DNA of 64,000 nucleotides from Tubulanus polymorphus (lineage: Eukaryota > Animalia > Nemertea), in contig NC_134025.1 of the NCBI RefSeq assembly GCF_964204645.1, forward strand, positions 1,550,001 through 1,614,000, in the 5' to 3' direction. Below are positions 42,155 through 53,210 of the stretch, in pieces. How positions within the stretch are numbered: the stretch's first letter is position 1; every line of letters starts with the position of its first letter. Below the pieces are notes generated by a model, which was not told where the DNA came from, made no database searches, and saw only the letters and a program-made list of their open reading frames with translations. Both the position numbers and the translations under genes were made by a program.

Positions 42155-42702
42155 CTAATGTCTATTTATTAATTGATGAGACCTGTTTTTCTGGGATATT
42201 TTGCTTACTTTTTGGGGTACATACCTCATTTATGTCTTAACAGAATGCCAAAAATCGCGGACAACAACTGAATATCCGATATATTTCCAGTTCTGTACCA
42301 ATTAGATGGATTGGCAAAAAGACTCCTTAAGTCCAGTTGAATGAGAGAGAAAATCCTCCATTTTGTCAAGTTTCTTGGATTTGAACATTGTTACCATGCC
42401 TACGCCACCCTGATTTAGTTGTTGAGACCCCACAAGAAAAATAACTTCATTTCGTAGGCATGGTGACAATGTAAAAATTCAAGAAATTTCACAAAATGGA
42501 GGATTTTCTCTCTCATTCAATTGGACTTAAGGAGTCTTTTTGCCAATCCATCTAATTGGTACTGAACTGGAAATATATCGGATATTCAGTTGTTGTCCGC
42601 GATTTTTGGCATTCTGTTAAGACATAAATGAGGTATGTACCCCAAAAATTAAGCAAAATATCCAAGAAAAACAGGTCTCATCCATTAATAAATAGACATT
42701 AG
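42155..42702. repeat. Foldback: ~250-bp inverted arms with 48-bp spacer
   Basis: 42155-42404 is the reverse complement of 42453-42702 with only scattered mismatches. Confidence 0.93.
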
Positions 42703-43719
42703 GCCTTAAATATTCCAACAACCATTCCAAATCCAGCAACAAAAAATAAACAATAAATTTTAAGGCCTCGAAACAGAAGAATGGTAGTTCCCTGTATTCA
42801 GAGTCAATGAAAATGTATTTCTTGTTGCAGATAGATAGCCTAACCAATTTCAGGATAAGTACTTTTCATTCCTTTATTTATATACGTAGCCTAACTGTTT
42901 AATCCTGGCCCTGGCCACTGAGGGTGTATGCATTAGGTCTGGTCCCAGTTTCACTGAGCTAGTTAGCCAACAATTAAGCTGAGAAATTTTGTTAAGTGGC
43001 AATTCAGGGGCAGATCAGGAGAGTATACAGGGGTGTACACCCCTTAAAACTTTTAAGTCGCAATGAAATTTAAAGGAAAAATTAAAAATATCAACAAGTA
43101 TTTTTAAAAAGCTTATATTCCAAAACATGTTCTCTGTAGGCCTACTTCCAAAATATAGGTATTATGTTTTCTGATGATCTGGTGCCCTTTTGATTTTTAA
43201 TTATATATGATACTGATATGTATGCCCTATTTTGGGCTGCACCCCTCCCTGAATCAGTCTGCCTGCAATTAAGAGGATGTTTATAGATAATTTGATTTAG
43301 AGGAATCTTTTAATTTAGTGCCTGATGTTAGGCCTTCCACAGCCTGGTAGAGGTGGTTTAGGTGAACAAGTTAGTCTTCACACTGCAGGACTTTTAGGTG
43401 AAGGTGAAACTGGCCCTTGTTTATGCATAGGCTACTGTGTGTGCACGCTTATCTTTATGCTTATTCAATTAGAATACCCATGTAGCTACCAAATAAGCAC
43501 CGCTTCAGAGGATTTTAGAAATTTTCACTTCAATAACACTGTGTTCTATTTTTGGGCACTAGCTACTATTATGCACAATTTTTTCAATCAATTCTATCAC
43601 ATTGATATACATATATGTGTCACTTCTTTTGCATGTAGTAGGGTCTTACAGTAACCAGTGTGCTCTCTCACACCTCCCTGTGATATTGGCCTGAGACTGA
43701 CAAATAATCTTTTTTGTAG

Positions 43720-45908
43720 CGTATTGGTCTCGTAGCAGACAGCATTTTAAAGTATGCTGGGCTAGATGGTGTAGGCTTATTTGAATGGACAAGGATCGTG
43801 TGCCCCGGAGGAACCATTGAAACATTGATGGAAGGTAATTTCTCGGTTCAGTACTGATTTATATTGTTCATTTTCATTGGGTTACTGATTAGTTGTATAT
43901 TACAGAATTGAAAAAGGTGAAGATGCTGAATGTGGAACAACTAATCGTCCATGTTGGAACAAATAATATGACGCGTGATGTCCCGCTTGAGATTGTTCTG
44001 CGAAGACACGTTGAATTAATTCGATTGTTGCTCTATAAATGTACTGGGACCATCATTGTACCAGCTCTTTTTCCTCGATGTGATGAGTAAGTATCAAGAA
44101 TAGATTTTTCTTGAAGTACTATATTTATGATCGATGTAATGATTTTTAAATTTCTTTCTTTTTTAAAGTTTCGATGCTGACACAAAAATATTTCATTACA
44201 ATGAAATGCTGCACCGCGAATGCTTTACACTTGGTGTAAAGTTCGTTGATTTTCACTTCTCAAGAGATCTCCTTTCACCGTAAGTAATCGTTTAATTTTA
44301 ATAAGCCCAGTAGGTTATGTGCATTTTTTCGCGATTTAAACTAACTTGTTTTTTTCTAAATTTTGTGATCTAGGACTGACTTGTTACACCCCAGCCGTAA
44401 GGGAAATCAGTTCATAAATAACAGGATAATGGAACTACTGCTATTGAAAAATGAAGATGAAATGTACGTAGAATTGCATTATTTTATCCAATTACCAGGT
44501 ATGCAAACTACATAAATTTTATGATTGTACTGGAAATAATGAATGATTCTTAATCAGGTGCCCTCAATACTTTCCATATGAGATTGAAAAGATGCAAAGA
44601 AGTAGAGCAGTCCATCGACGAAAGGTAATCATTTAGCATTGATATCCTAGAAAATGAATGATTTGCAATTAGTTTTTATAACTTGAATACGAAACCACTT
44701 TATTCAAAATCCTTGCATTGAATTAATGAATCATATTGATAGCTGATAGCAAAAAACAAATTGAAGGATGATCAAGCAAGAGCATGGGATGATTCAACAA
44801 TAGTGGTAAAGTTGTTTTCCTAAGTGATTTGTACGTGATTTATCTTTATAAAGTTAGATATATTTTAACAGTTTTTTGTATCCTTCAATCCAGTATAGCA
44901 GTTTTGACGTTGCGCATCATACAAGGAAACAATTCTGTTGTGAAGATCAAAGAGCCTTTTTCACATTCGACCAGGTACATATCATCTCAAGAACTTATGA
45001 TTTAATATTAGTTTGGTCACTTTTATTTCACAATTACCTAAAGGCTGTGCATGCACAAATCTGTCTTTTTTTTCCAGTACATGACTAAAATTGATGTGGC
45101 TGGTGTTGCTATTTGTTTAAAGCCTCAATTATTTACTCCTTTTTATCAGACTAAGAACGTGAGTAATATGTTTCTCGAAATGAAATTATAGAAATTCATT
45201 GGTATTGGTATGATTTATGCTGTAAAGCTTTGTTTTCATATTCAGGGATGCTACAATAGAAGTTGTCACAATACTAAAAGATTTAACAGAAAAAGGAAGT
45301 CAGTGGAACATGTAAGTTTGATGCCCTTTCTGCGAGATGCGGGTTCATTTTTGTTATTTTTGCTTAGATGTTGAAGCAAAAACAGATTAATGTGCTCTTC
45401 CACATTAGGTTATTCATCCACAGACGGATCCTGCTGACTCGACATGTTTTTGCGGAGTTGAATTCACCAATTGGAAAGATCTTCTAGACCATGTTAGTTT
45501 AAACCATACTGAAATGTAAGTACAACATAATTCAATTAATTTAGTACCTACAAATCTAAATGACTTAATGCAAATGACTCAGAGATACCCATGTTTTATG
45601 TTAGGCCTATATGGGTAATTTCATACTCTATCTATTCATATGTCTAAAAAAAGTGAGTTGATAATGTGTATTTCAGGCGGACAATGGAGGAAGAAGGAAA
45701 GGACGCGGCTTGTGACAATTTCTCGGAAGGAACGATAGAGGAAGCAGAAAAGATGCAGGAAGATAGTTCGAAAGAAAGGATAGAAAGATTAAAGATGCAG
45801 GAAGATAGCTGGATGGAAAACAAAAAACAGCTAAGTATCACAGGTGGTGGAGGTATCGAACCAATCATAATTGATGATAGTGATGAGAATGATTCTGATG
45901 ATGAACAT
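43720..45908 (+). CDS. Multi-exon SGNH/GDSL-hydrolase-like domain plus zinc-finger region inside the MULE
   Basis: GT-AG exons 43720-43834, 43906-44086, 44169-44279, 44374-~44463 give RIGLVADS...CPGGT...LIVHVGTNN...ALFPR...YNEML...FVD...DLLHPSRKG (SGNH blocks I, II, III, V). Six more short exons to ~45514 (last CFC-x12-H-x4-H) and exon 45677-45908 can stay in frame. Start codon uncertain. Confidence 0.75.
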
Positions 45909-48900
45909 GTATGTGAGACTCGATACAGGCTGCTATTCTATTGATCAGATTAATAGGTTTCTTTTCTTACATTATGCTAAAACCAAACAACAAGATCTTT
46001 TTGCCATGAATCTTTGGGTAAATAGTAAGCCTTTAAGCCCCACTGATTCAGTCGATTGGGAACAGATTCAAGCATTTTCAAATATGCTCTTTTCCTTAAA
46101 ACCCTCTCAACAATTTCCAGTTGGTAATAATAATAGCGTATCTGTATCAGAACTTCAGACGATGACTAATCAAAAATGGTTTGAAGGATCTGTGTTAAAT
46201 GCTTTTGCATCTATGATAAATGAACAGTACTGTAATATTCATGCATTTATGATGCCACTTACATTTGATGCTAAGAAATATGTTTCAAATTTATATAAAA
46301 GATTCGGTCCTAATCCACTCATAAGTTGTGATAAACTAATTTTTTTCCTGCATGTTGGCACCCAAAACGATTTCGTATTTCTAAATTCTTATGGACATGT
46401 TGTTGCCAATCATTATGCACTAGCAGTTTTTTACCCAAAAAGTAACAAACTGTGTTATGCTGATACACTAGCATGGGATTGTCCAAGGGAATTTAAAAAT
46501 CATTTAAGATCTGTTTTGAAAGGTTTGAATTGCCCTGATCCTGTTTATATCCACCTCCATGATCCTCATTTTGTTACTGAAAATTCAGTGCATGTATGTA
46601 GTAATAATTGTACTAGTTATTACCCACTCCAATCATGTTCATCTGTCTGTGGCCCTGCTACATTAATTGGTGCTTGCATTGCAACCTATTATGAAAAGGA
46701 TATTTCAAGTGTATTTTCATCTCCCAATGAATTATCTTATCTTAAGAACATTTCTAACTATTCTGATTTTGTTAGATTGATATTGATTAATTGGCTTATG
46801 AAACATCTAATTGATATTACTCAACTCTTCTCAAAGTCATCTCAACCTACTGCTAATAGTACTACTTTCTCTAAGATATCACGATTATCTCGCAGACAGA
46901 GACATAAACGATCAACTGAGTCAAATAATACACTAGCTAGTTCTGAATTAAAGATGTCAGACTCTTATATTGCCCCTAAAAAAAGCAAATCAGTCTTAAC
47001 TACAGCCAAATCTAAATCTACACCAATTTTGAATAATGAATCAACACTTGAATCTACACCAATTTCGAATTATGAATCTGCAGCAATTTTGACTAATGAA
47101 TCAACACCAATTTCGAATAGTGAATCTGCACCAATTCTGACTAATGAATCAACACCTGAATCAACACCAATTTCGAATAGTGAATCTGCACCAATTTTGA
47201 CTAATGAATCTACACCAATTTCGAATAGTGAATCTGCACCAATTTTGACTATTAAATCTACACCTGAATCTACACCAATTTCGAATAATGAATCTACACC
47301 TGAATCTACATCCTCAATTTTGAATCCTCAATCCTCATTAACTCTAAATTCAGCTGAACCATTAACTTCCCATATTAATGGTTCTAAAACTACTATCTCC
47401 CATCGCATCAGGAGAGGAAAGCATTATCTTGAAGTTGCTTTTCATTCAACTGGCAGTAAGACGAAGTATAAAAGTTTTCATTGTACAGACCAAGGTACAA
47501 ATGACCAGGTAGCCATTGACACTATCAAGAAATACCTCAACAACCAGAATCCACTTAGTGATGAATGGGTTGAAAATGGGGAAGTAATGACTGGTGCTGA
47601 CACAAAATATTATTTCGATAGATTCACTTTTGATTTTACAAAAACAGTTCGTCTGCATAAGAATGTGCGGCCTTCATTTGTTGGTAACCAGACAACGATG
47701 AAAGCTTCCTTAACATTAAAAAAGAATTGGCAAACCCATAGATTAGATAATAAATTTGAATTTATTGAGCCAATTGTTGAGGATACTTCTCAATTTGTGG
47801 CTGCAGAAATGCTCATAAAATGTTCGTCAAAGTCTTCAGTTTGTAAATCATCATGTGGATATTATCTTTCAAAGTTGAATATGTCCAGTAACATCACTAA
47901 TTGTCCCTCATGTCAAATTGACGTTGTTTTAAATGATAAACAATGTATTCATTGCTCCATTACCATGTCTAACAAATGGAGGAAAAATGCTGATGGTGAA
48001 ACACTTTGTTCCAACTGTTACAACTATAAGCTGAAGAATAAACGTGATCGTCCTGTGAAGTTAAGGCAGCAGTTTGAGCCAAAAAAATTAATTCACCCTC
48101 ATTTTATGTGTTATTGGGCAACAAAACTTGTATTATTTAGTACTGATTTATCCAAGTGGAGAATCTTCAGCAAACCACTTAATGGTCAATATCATGACAA
48201 TATTCCTTTACAAATTAAAAAGCGACCTAATTTATCTACTAGAGATAGATGGGATGAAAATAGAGTCATGATGAAAGCCACAGCAATGAAGGTTCTTTCT
48301 GCCACCAATGCTCACAATAACCTTCATGTATCAAATGTAAATGATGGCGCCGGTCATGACCATACCCTAGATCAAATTTCAAATAGATTGAAATATATTG
48401 ATAAATCTTCGATAAAATTACATATGAAATCTCAAGACGAAATACCTATTCTAAGTTCTGATTGGAGAAATACTGAAAAATTATTAGAGGGTAACTATGA
48501 ATCTGTCCTTTTATTTCAACGAGGGGATGCCACACTCAAACGTAATTATCACATTATTCTCTCTGATCCTCGTTCTCTGGAACATTTATCCAACTTTGGA
48601 CAATCTGTCATTGGTATTGACGTGAAACATGATTTCAATTCGTGGAAATTCAAAACTTCATTTGTAACTTTTGCAGACAACAAAAATGAAGGACGTATTG
48701 CTGCTGCATCAATTAGTAGTGATGAAGGGGGGGCTACTCATGCAACTACCATCCAGTTAGTTCTAGCCAATACACCATGTAAAGACGAAAAATGTAATCA
48801 TCCATCTGAATTCTATATATTTAATGATGGCAATGGTTTTTTCAGAATCAAGCCATGTTCATCAACATCTAGATTTTGTCCTTTTGTACAACATGATAAA

Positions 48901-51183
48901 GATGCAAGTCTAAAGCAAGGAGCATCTGACAATAATCTTAAATCAGTACTATGTAATTTTCATGTCCTGCAGTGTATTCGTCGCTTCATGAATGAAAATC
49001 AAGAACTTCGCTTATTTTGCAAGCCTCTAGAAACTGGTTTCAAATGCATTATGAGATCATGGGATGCTTCCTCTAGAACTGATATAGCCAATTCATTTAT
49101 TAGTTTTATTGAGAATGATATTTCTTTAGACCTTATGTCGCAAGATACAAAAACATTATTTATTGATTACCTAAAGAAGAATTGGTTTAATTCCCAAATT
49201 TGGTCTGATGCATTCAATGCTGAATCAATTTATCAGTCAGACCAATCTAACAGAAATAACCCTTTGCTATTAACTGATAATATTACTGAGCGCAAATTCA
49301 AACAAATAGATGATGTCTACTTAAGTGGACACCTAAATAAACTGATATCATCTTTTGTACGATTACTGTTTGAAAATGTTTTTAATGATGAGATCAAAGC
49401 GACAAATATGAACAATCTCCAATTTAAGCAACTTGACCAACGAGTTAAGAATATACGTCACCTTGAAAAGATAGAAAAGTGTTGCAAAAGAGCCTTTGAT
49501 TTATTACAGAATAATGAGATTTTAAAATATGATGAAGAAACTAATTGGTTTGTTGTGAAGAGTTCTTCACGAAAGAACTTAAATAGGTTAGAAGATAATG
49601 ATAATTTTTTCAATGGTGATACTCAATATACATTCAATCAGCTTGATGTTTTAGAAGAAAGATTCCCCGATAAAGTATCAATATCCGAGGAACATTCATA
49701 TGACATTTCAAAAAAATGCCGAAGGTACATAGGAAATTTAGATTCAATATCCAGTCGTATCTTATTCAATTACGTTATTACAATCGTTCCTGAAAATTGT
49801 CTTTCATACGTAGATGGTAATTGCCATTTAATCAATTTGAAACTAGGTATATGTACTTGTGAAGCTTTTATAATGATTGGACAACCATATTTTTGCAAAC
49901 ATCTTTTTGCCTGTTTTGCCCAAAAAAACAATATAACCACAACGAAGGCTTTAATTGATGCATATAAATTCCACATTGTGGAGCCTCTGCCAACTTACAA
50001 TTTTACTCGACAAAATATTTCTGTTTCATCTACCCTCATTGATAAGTTAAAAGATCATTCCCACATTGCTAGCTCGAATGATATCAATGCTGCTCGGAAA
50101 GGGCACATTCTAAGTATTTTACATAATGAAAGCCACTGTGGAATTAAGTTAATAAGCGGACGACCTGCCAAACGACAACCTCACAATATGGCTCATAGGC
50201 GTGCTGAGGGTCCAATCAAGGACAATCAGGTTGCCATAAACCTTCCTGAACTTGAAGTGATAGACCCTTACTGTCCTAAGGTTACAATGCCTAAAGATGC
50301 TGAGAATGCAAGACACGGAGGGCGAAAGATAATTAGACCTGCTAACAGAGGTGTATCCTTTTCTGCTATGGTTGAAAATGCTGCTATCAAACTAGGTAAA
50401 AAAGCTAAAATATCAGAAATTGAAACCATAGACTCCACTGATCCAGATCCTGGCAATGATATCGAATTTTCAGCAGATATTTTAAGTCAGAATAAATCAT
50501 CCTTACCAAAAAAATCAAAAGATACCAAACCAAAAGATATTAAGTCAATACCAGTTGTTAAAAATGACTCGAAGTCTGTTTTATTTGAAAAAAGTATTGT
50601 CTGTTCCTTTTGTATTAAAGACAAAATAAATCCTCCATATCTTTGTTCATGTCGCAGGGAACTAGATAGGCACATATCCACTTCTCATTCATCTTTGAAA
50701 CCTATCTCATGTGCTATTTGTTGGGCAGATGGGGTTATTAATTCATATGCAAGTGAAACATTCCTTCAAAAGCACATTCGTATTGAACATAATCATCATA
50801 AGAAAAAATCTATTGTAATCGATTATAATAATAGAGATGATTATCTCAACAGTTCTCCTATTACAGAAATCAATAATTCCAATTCTGAAAAAGAATTAGA
50901 AATTCTTATAGATCAACCTGGAAATGCAGGCCTCCAAAACCTAGCAAAATTGAAACTAGATAATCTTTTGTCATCAAAAGTTGAAAAAACCCCTTCTCGG
51001 TTAGTTGCTGAAACCTGCCCTGTCTGCCACAAAAACTGCAATGCTAATCCTAAGAAAAAGTCCACATTCTCAATTGAATGTGATAATTGCCATAGATGGT
51101 ATCATTGGAAATGTGCTCCAATCAATGAGGCTCCTCCTGAACATATCAGGTGGTTTTGTTTTCATTGTGACCCGATTTCCTAA
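45871..51183 (+). CDS. MULE-family transposase with Ulp1/C48 protease, S/T-rich repeats, GATA finger, DDE core, SWIM, two C2H2-like fingers and PHD (true start probably via splicing)
   Basis: Ulp1: WFEGSVLNAF, HYALAV, YADTL, PLQSCSSVCG. GATA: CIHC-x17-CSNC...KRDRP. MULE: IGIDVKH, QHDKD, CNFH, TDNITE. SWIM: CTC...CKH. PHD: CPVC...IECDNCHRWYHWKC...WFCFHC. 1770 codons without a stop. Confidence 0.9.
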   Translation: MMIVMRMILMMNMYVRLDTGCYSIDQINRFLFLHYAKTKQQDLFAMNLWVNSKPLSPTDSVDWEQIQAFSNMLFSLKPSQQFPVGNNNSVSVSELQTMTNQKWFEGSVLNAFASMINEQYCNIHAFMMPLTFDAKKYVSNLYKRFGPNPLISCDKLIFFLHVGTQNDFVFLNSYGHVVANHYALAVFYPKSNKLCYADTLAWDCPREFKNHLRSVLKGLNCPDPVYIHLHDPHFVTENSVHVCSNNCTSYYPLQSCSSVCGPATLIGACIATYYEKDISSVFSSPNELSYLKNISNYSDFVRLILINWLMKHLIDITQLFSKSSQPTANSTTFSKISRLSRRQRHKRSTESNNTLASSELKMSDSYIAPKKSKSVLTTAKSKSTPILNNESTLESTPISNYESAAILTNESTPISNSESAPILTNESTPESTPISNSESAPILTNESTPISNSESAPILTIKSTPESTPISNNESTPESTSSILNPQSSLTLNSAEPLTSHINGSKTTISHRIRRGKHYLEVAFHSTGSKTKYKSFHCTDQGTNDQVAIDTIKKYLNNQNPLSDEWVENGEVMTGADTKYYFDRFTFDFTKTVRLHKNVRPSFVGNQTTMKASLTLKKNWQTHRLDNKFEFIEPIVEDTSQFVAAEMLIKCSSKSSVCKSSCGYYLSKLNMSSNITNCPSCQIDVVLNDKQCIHCSITMSNKWRKNADGETLCSNCYNYKLKNKRDRPVKLRQQFEPKKLIHPHFMCYWATKLVLFSTDLSKWRIFSKPLNGQYHDNIPLQIKKRPNLSTRDRWDENRVMMKATAMKVLSATNAHNNLHVSNVNDGAGHDHTLDQISNRLKYIDKSSIKLHMKSQDEIPILSSDWRNTEKLLEGNYESVLLFQRGDATLKRNYHIILSDPRSLEHLSNFGQSVIGIDVKHDFNSWKFKTSFVTFADNKNEGRIAAASISSDEGGATHATTIQLVLANTPCKDEKCNHPSEFYIFNDGNGFFRIKPCSSTSRFCPFVQHDKDASLKQGASDNNLKSVLCNFHVLQCIRRFMNENQELRLFCKPLETGFKCIMRSWDASSRTDIANSFISFIENDISLDLMSQDTKTLFIDYLKKNWFNSQIWSDAFNAESIYQSDQSNRNNPLLLTDNITERKFKQIDDVYLSGHLNKLISSFVRLLFENVFNDEIKATNMNNLQFKQLDQRVKNIRHLEKIEKCCKRAFDLLQNNEILKYDEETNWFVVKSSSRKNLNRLEDNDNFFNGDTQYTFNQLDVLEERFPDKVSISEEHSYDISKKCRRYIGNLDSISSRILFNYVITIVPENCLSYVDGNCHLINLKLGICTCEAFIMIGQPYFCKHLFACFAQKNNITTTKALIDAYKFHIVEPLPTYNFTRQNISVSSTLIDKLKDHSHIASSNDINAARKGHILSILHNESHCGIKLISGRPAKRQPHNMAHRRAEGPIKDNQVAINLPELEVIDPYCPKVTMPKDAENARHGGRKIIRPANRGVSFSAMVENAAIKLGKKAKISEIETIDSTDPDPGNDIEFSADILSQNKSSLPKKSKDTKPKDIKSIPVVKNDSKSVLFEKSIVCSFCIKDKINPPYLCSCRRELDRHISTSHSSLKPISCAICWADGVINSYASETFLQKHIRIEHNHHKKKSIVIDYNNRDDYLNSSPITEINNSNSEKELEILIDQPGNAGLQNLAKLKLDNLLSSKVEKTPSRLVAETCPVCHKNCNANPKKKSTFSIECDNCHRWYHWKCAPINEAPPEHIRWFCFHCDPIS
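47020..47320 (+). repeat. Coding tandem repeat (ESTPISNSESAPILTN-type) in the transposase linker
   Basis: Repeated gaatc(t/a)(a/g)caccaattt modules, frame preserved. Confidence 0.9.
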
Positions 51184-51959
51184 ATAGTTTGTATAGAATA
51201 TTATTGATCGGGTTTCGAATGAATCCCTGACGTTAGAAATATTTTCATTTCCCATGGTGAACGTAGAAGCCTATAATGACCGTCACTTAGTCACCTATAT
51301 ATTTACTCGATTATATATAAGGTTAAGAAGCGATGTATATGCACTGGTGTTTATAGTGCTCTATTTCAGGTTTTTTCTTTCAGGAAAATATATTTTGTGA
51401 ATAGATTACCGCTTGATTTTTTATGTTACAGGTTACTGCAAAATCATCAGTTATTGTGATGCGTGCCGATGTCTCTGGATGATTCTGACCATGTCTAGAA
51501 CTTCAACATCCTTGACTTATCATCAATTGGCAGCAGTATACATACATGCATGTTCAGAGAGTGTATGAAGAGAGTGTATGGACACATCAACCTCGGTTCA
51601 AGGCTGTCCCTGATTAAATTGTATAATCCATATATAATATATATAGATTGGTCCCATTTTAACTTACTCAACTGCTTGAATGTCTTGTTTGTTATTCGTA
51701 AATTTTCACTTATTCATTGATTGTTTCTGTAGAATTTTATATGTGATATATAAACGTGGAAACCAGGGCCCATTGCACTATGAAAGACACTTGACATTTT
51801 TTTGGGACAGATCTTTCTATATGTTTATGTCCTCGAGGCATCTGAAGTTAAGAAAATTCCCTTTGAAAACTGGAAATGACATAATGAAATAAGTTGTGGA
51901 ATGTTTACAAATGACAAAATGAATGAATTTTGCATTCCTAAGGCCCTATATATTTACTG

Positions 51960-52815
51960 CAGTTAGTCCTGTATGTCTTTTTTATCGCAATTTACTGTGG
52001 TTTATTCCTGTTTGTCCTGTATGTCTTTGTGATCGCGATCGCAATTCATTGGTTGCATTGTTTACTGTTAGTCCTGTATGTCTATCGCAATTAAGTTAGT
52101 CCTGTATGTCCTGTATGTCTTAGTTAATCGCAATTCATTGGTTGTTGAATTGTCTACTGTTAGTCCTGTATGTCCTGTGGTTTAGTCCTGTATGTCTTAG
52201 TTAATCGCAATTCGTTGGTTGAATTGTCTACTGTTAATCCTGTATGTCCTGTATGTCTATCGCAATTAAGTTAGTCCTGTATTTCTTAAATAATCGCAAT
52301 TCATTGGTTAATGAATTGTCTACTGTTAGTCCTGTATGTCCTGTGGTTTTGTCCTGTATGTCTTTGTGATCGCGATCGCAATTCATTGGTTGCATTGTTT
52401 ACTGTTAGTCCTGTATGTCTATCGCAATTAAGTTAGTCCTGTATGTCCTGTATGTCTTAGTTAATCGCAATTCATTGGTTGTTGAATTGTCTACTGTTAG
52501 TCCTGTATGTCCTGTGGTTTAGTCCTGTATGTCTTAGTTAATCGCAATTCGTTGGTTGAATTGTCTACTGTTAATCCTGTATGTCCTGTATGTCTATCGC
52601 AATTAAGTTAGTCCTGTTTGTCCTGTATGTCTTAGCTACGAGCAATTATCAAACTTGATAATTGCTCGTAGGTCTTAGTTAATCGCAATTCATTGGTTGC
52701 ATGGTTTACTGTTAAAGCTGTATGTTCTGTATCTCTATCGCAATTTCATTGGTTGCATTGTTTACTGTTAAAGCTGTATGTTCTGTATCTCTATCGCAAT
52801 TTCATTGGTTGAATT
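51960..52815. repeat. Complex minisatellite with 337-bp higher-order duplication
   Basis: Built from gtcctgtat, atcgcaatt and cattggtt modules; gatcgcgatc recurs at 52031 and 52368. Confidence 0.9.
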
Positions 52816-52968
52816 GTTAACAGTCCTCTGTATGTACATGTAAAAATAATTAAGGTTCTGACAACAGGTTTGTAAAGTAATCAGCTATCTGTTTTGTCTA
52901 TCGTTGCTTAAATTGTTAACTGTTGTTTTAGAGTTCTGTATGTCTTTGTCGATCATTTTGTCTGCACT

Positions 52969-53210
52969 CAGGGGCGGATCCAGCATTTTGAAGGGGGGGG
53001 GGGCAAATGAAAGCAACAACAGATGGCTGTAAGCCATTCCAGAGCAAGCACCGATAACGCGAAGACCCTTCCTAAAAATTTTTTGGAAAAATAGATGCAA
53101 GCAGGTGCATTCTGAGCATTACTTAATAGAAAGATTTCATTCGGTTTTTACTCAGTAACGCATAGATTTGCGGCTACATCGGTAAAAATAGAGGGGTGGA
53201 TCCGCCACTG
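52969..53210. mobile_element. MITE with CAG(G/T)GGCGGATCCA ends nested in the MULE
   Basis: caggggcggatcca / tggatccgccactg; a related degenerate copy at ~43005-43266. Confidence 0.65.

Noticed and set aside
51960-52815. CRISPR-like repeat-spacer array beside a large nuclease-fold ORF
   Set aside because: All intervening sequence is itself repetitive; it is a minisatellite.
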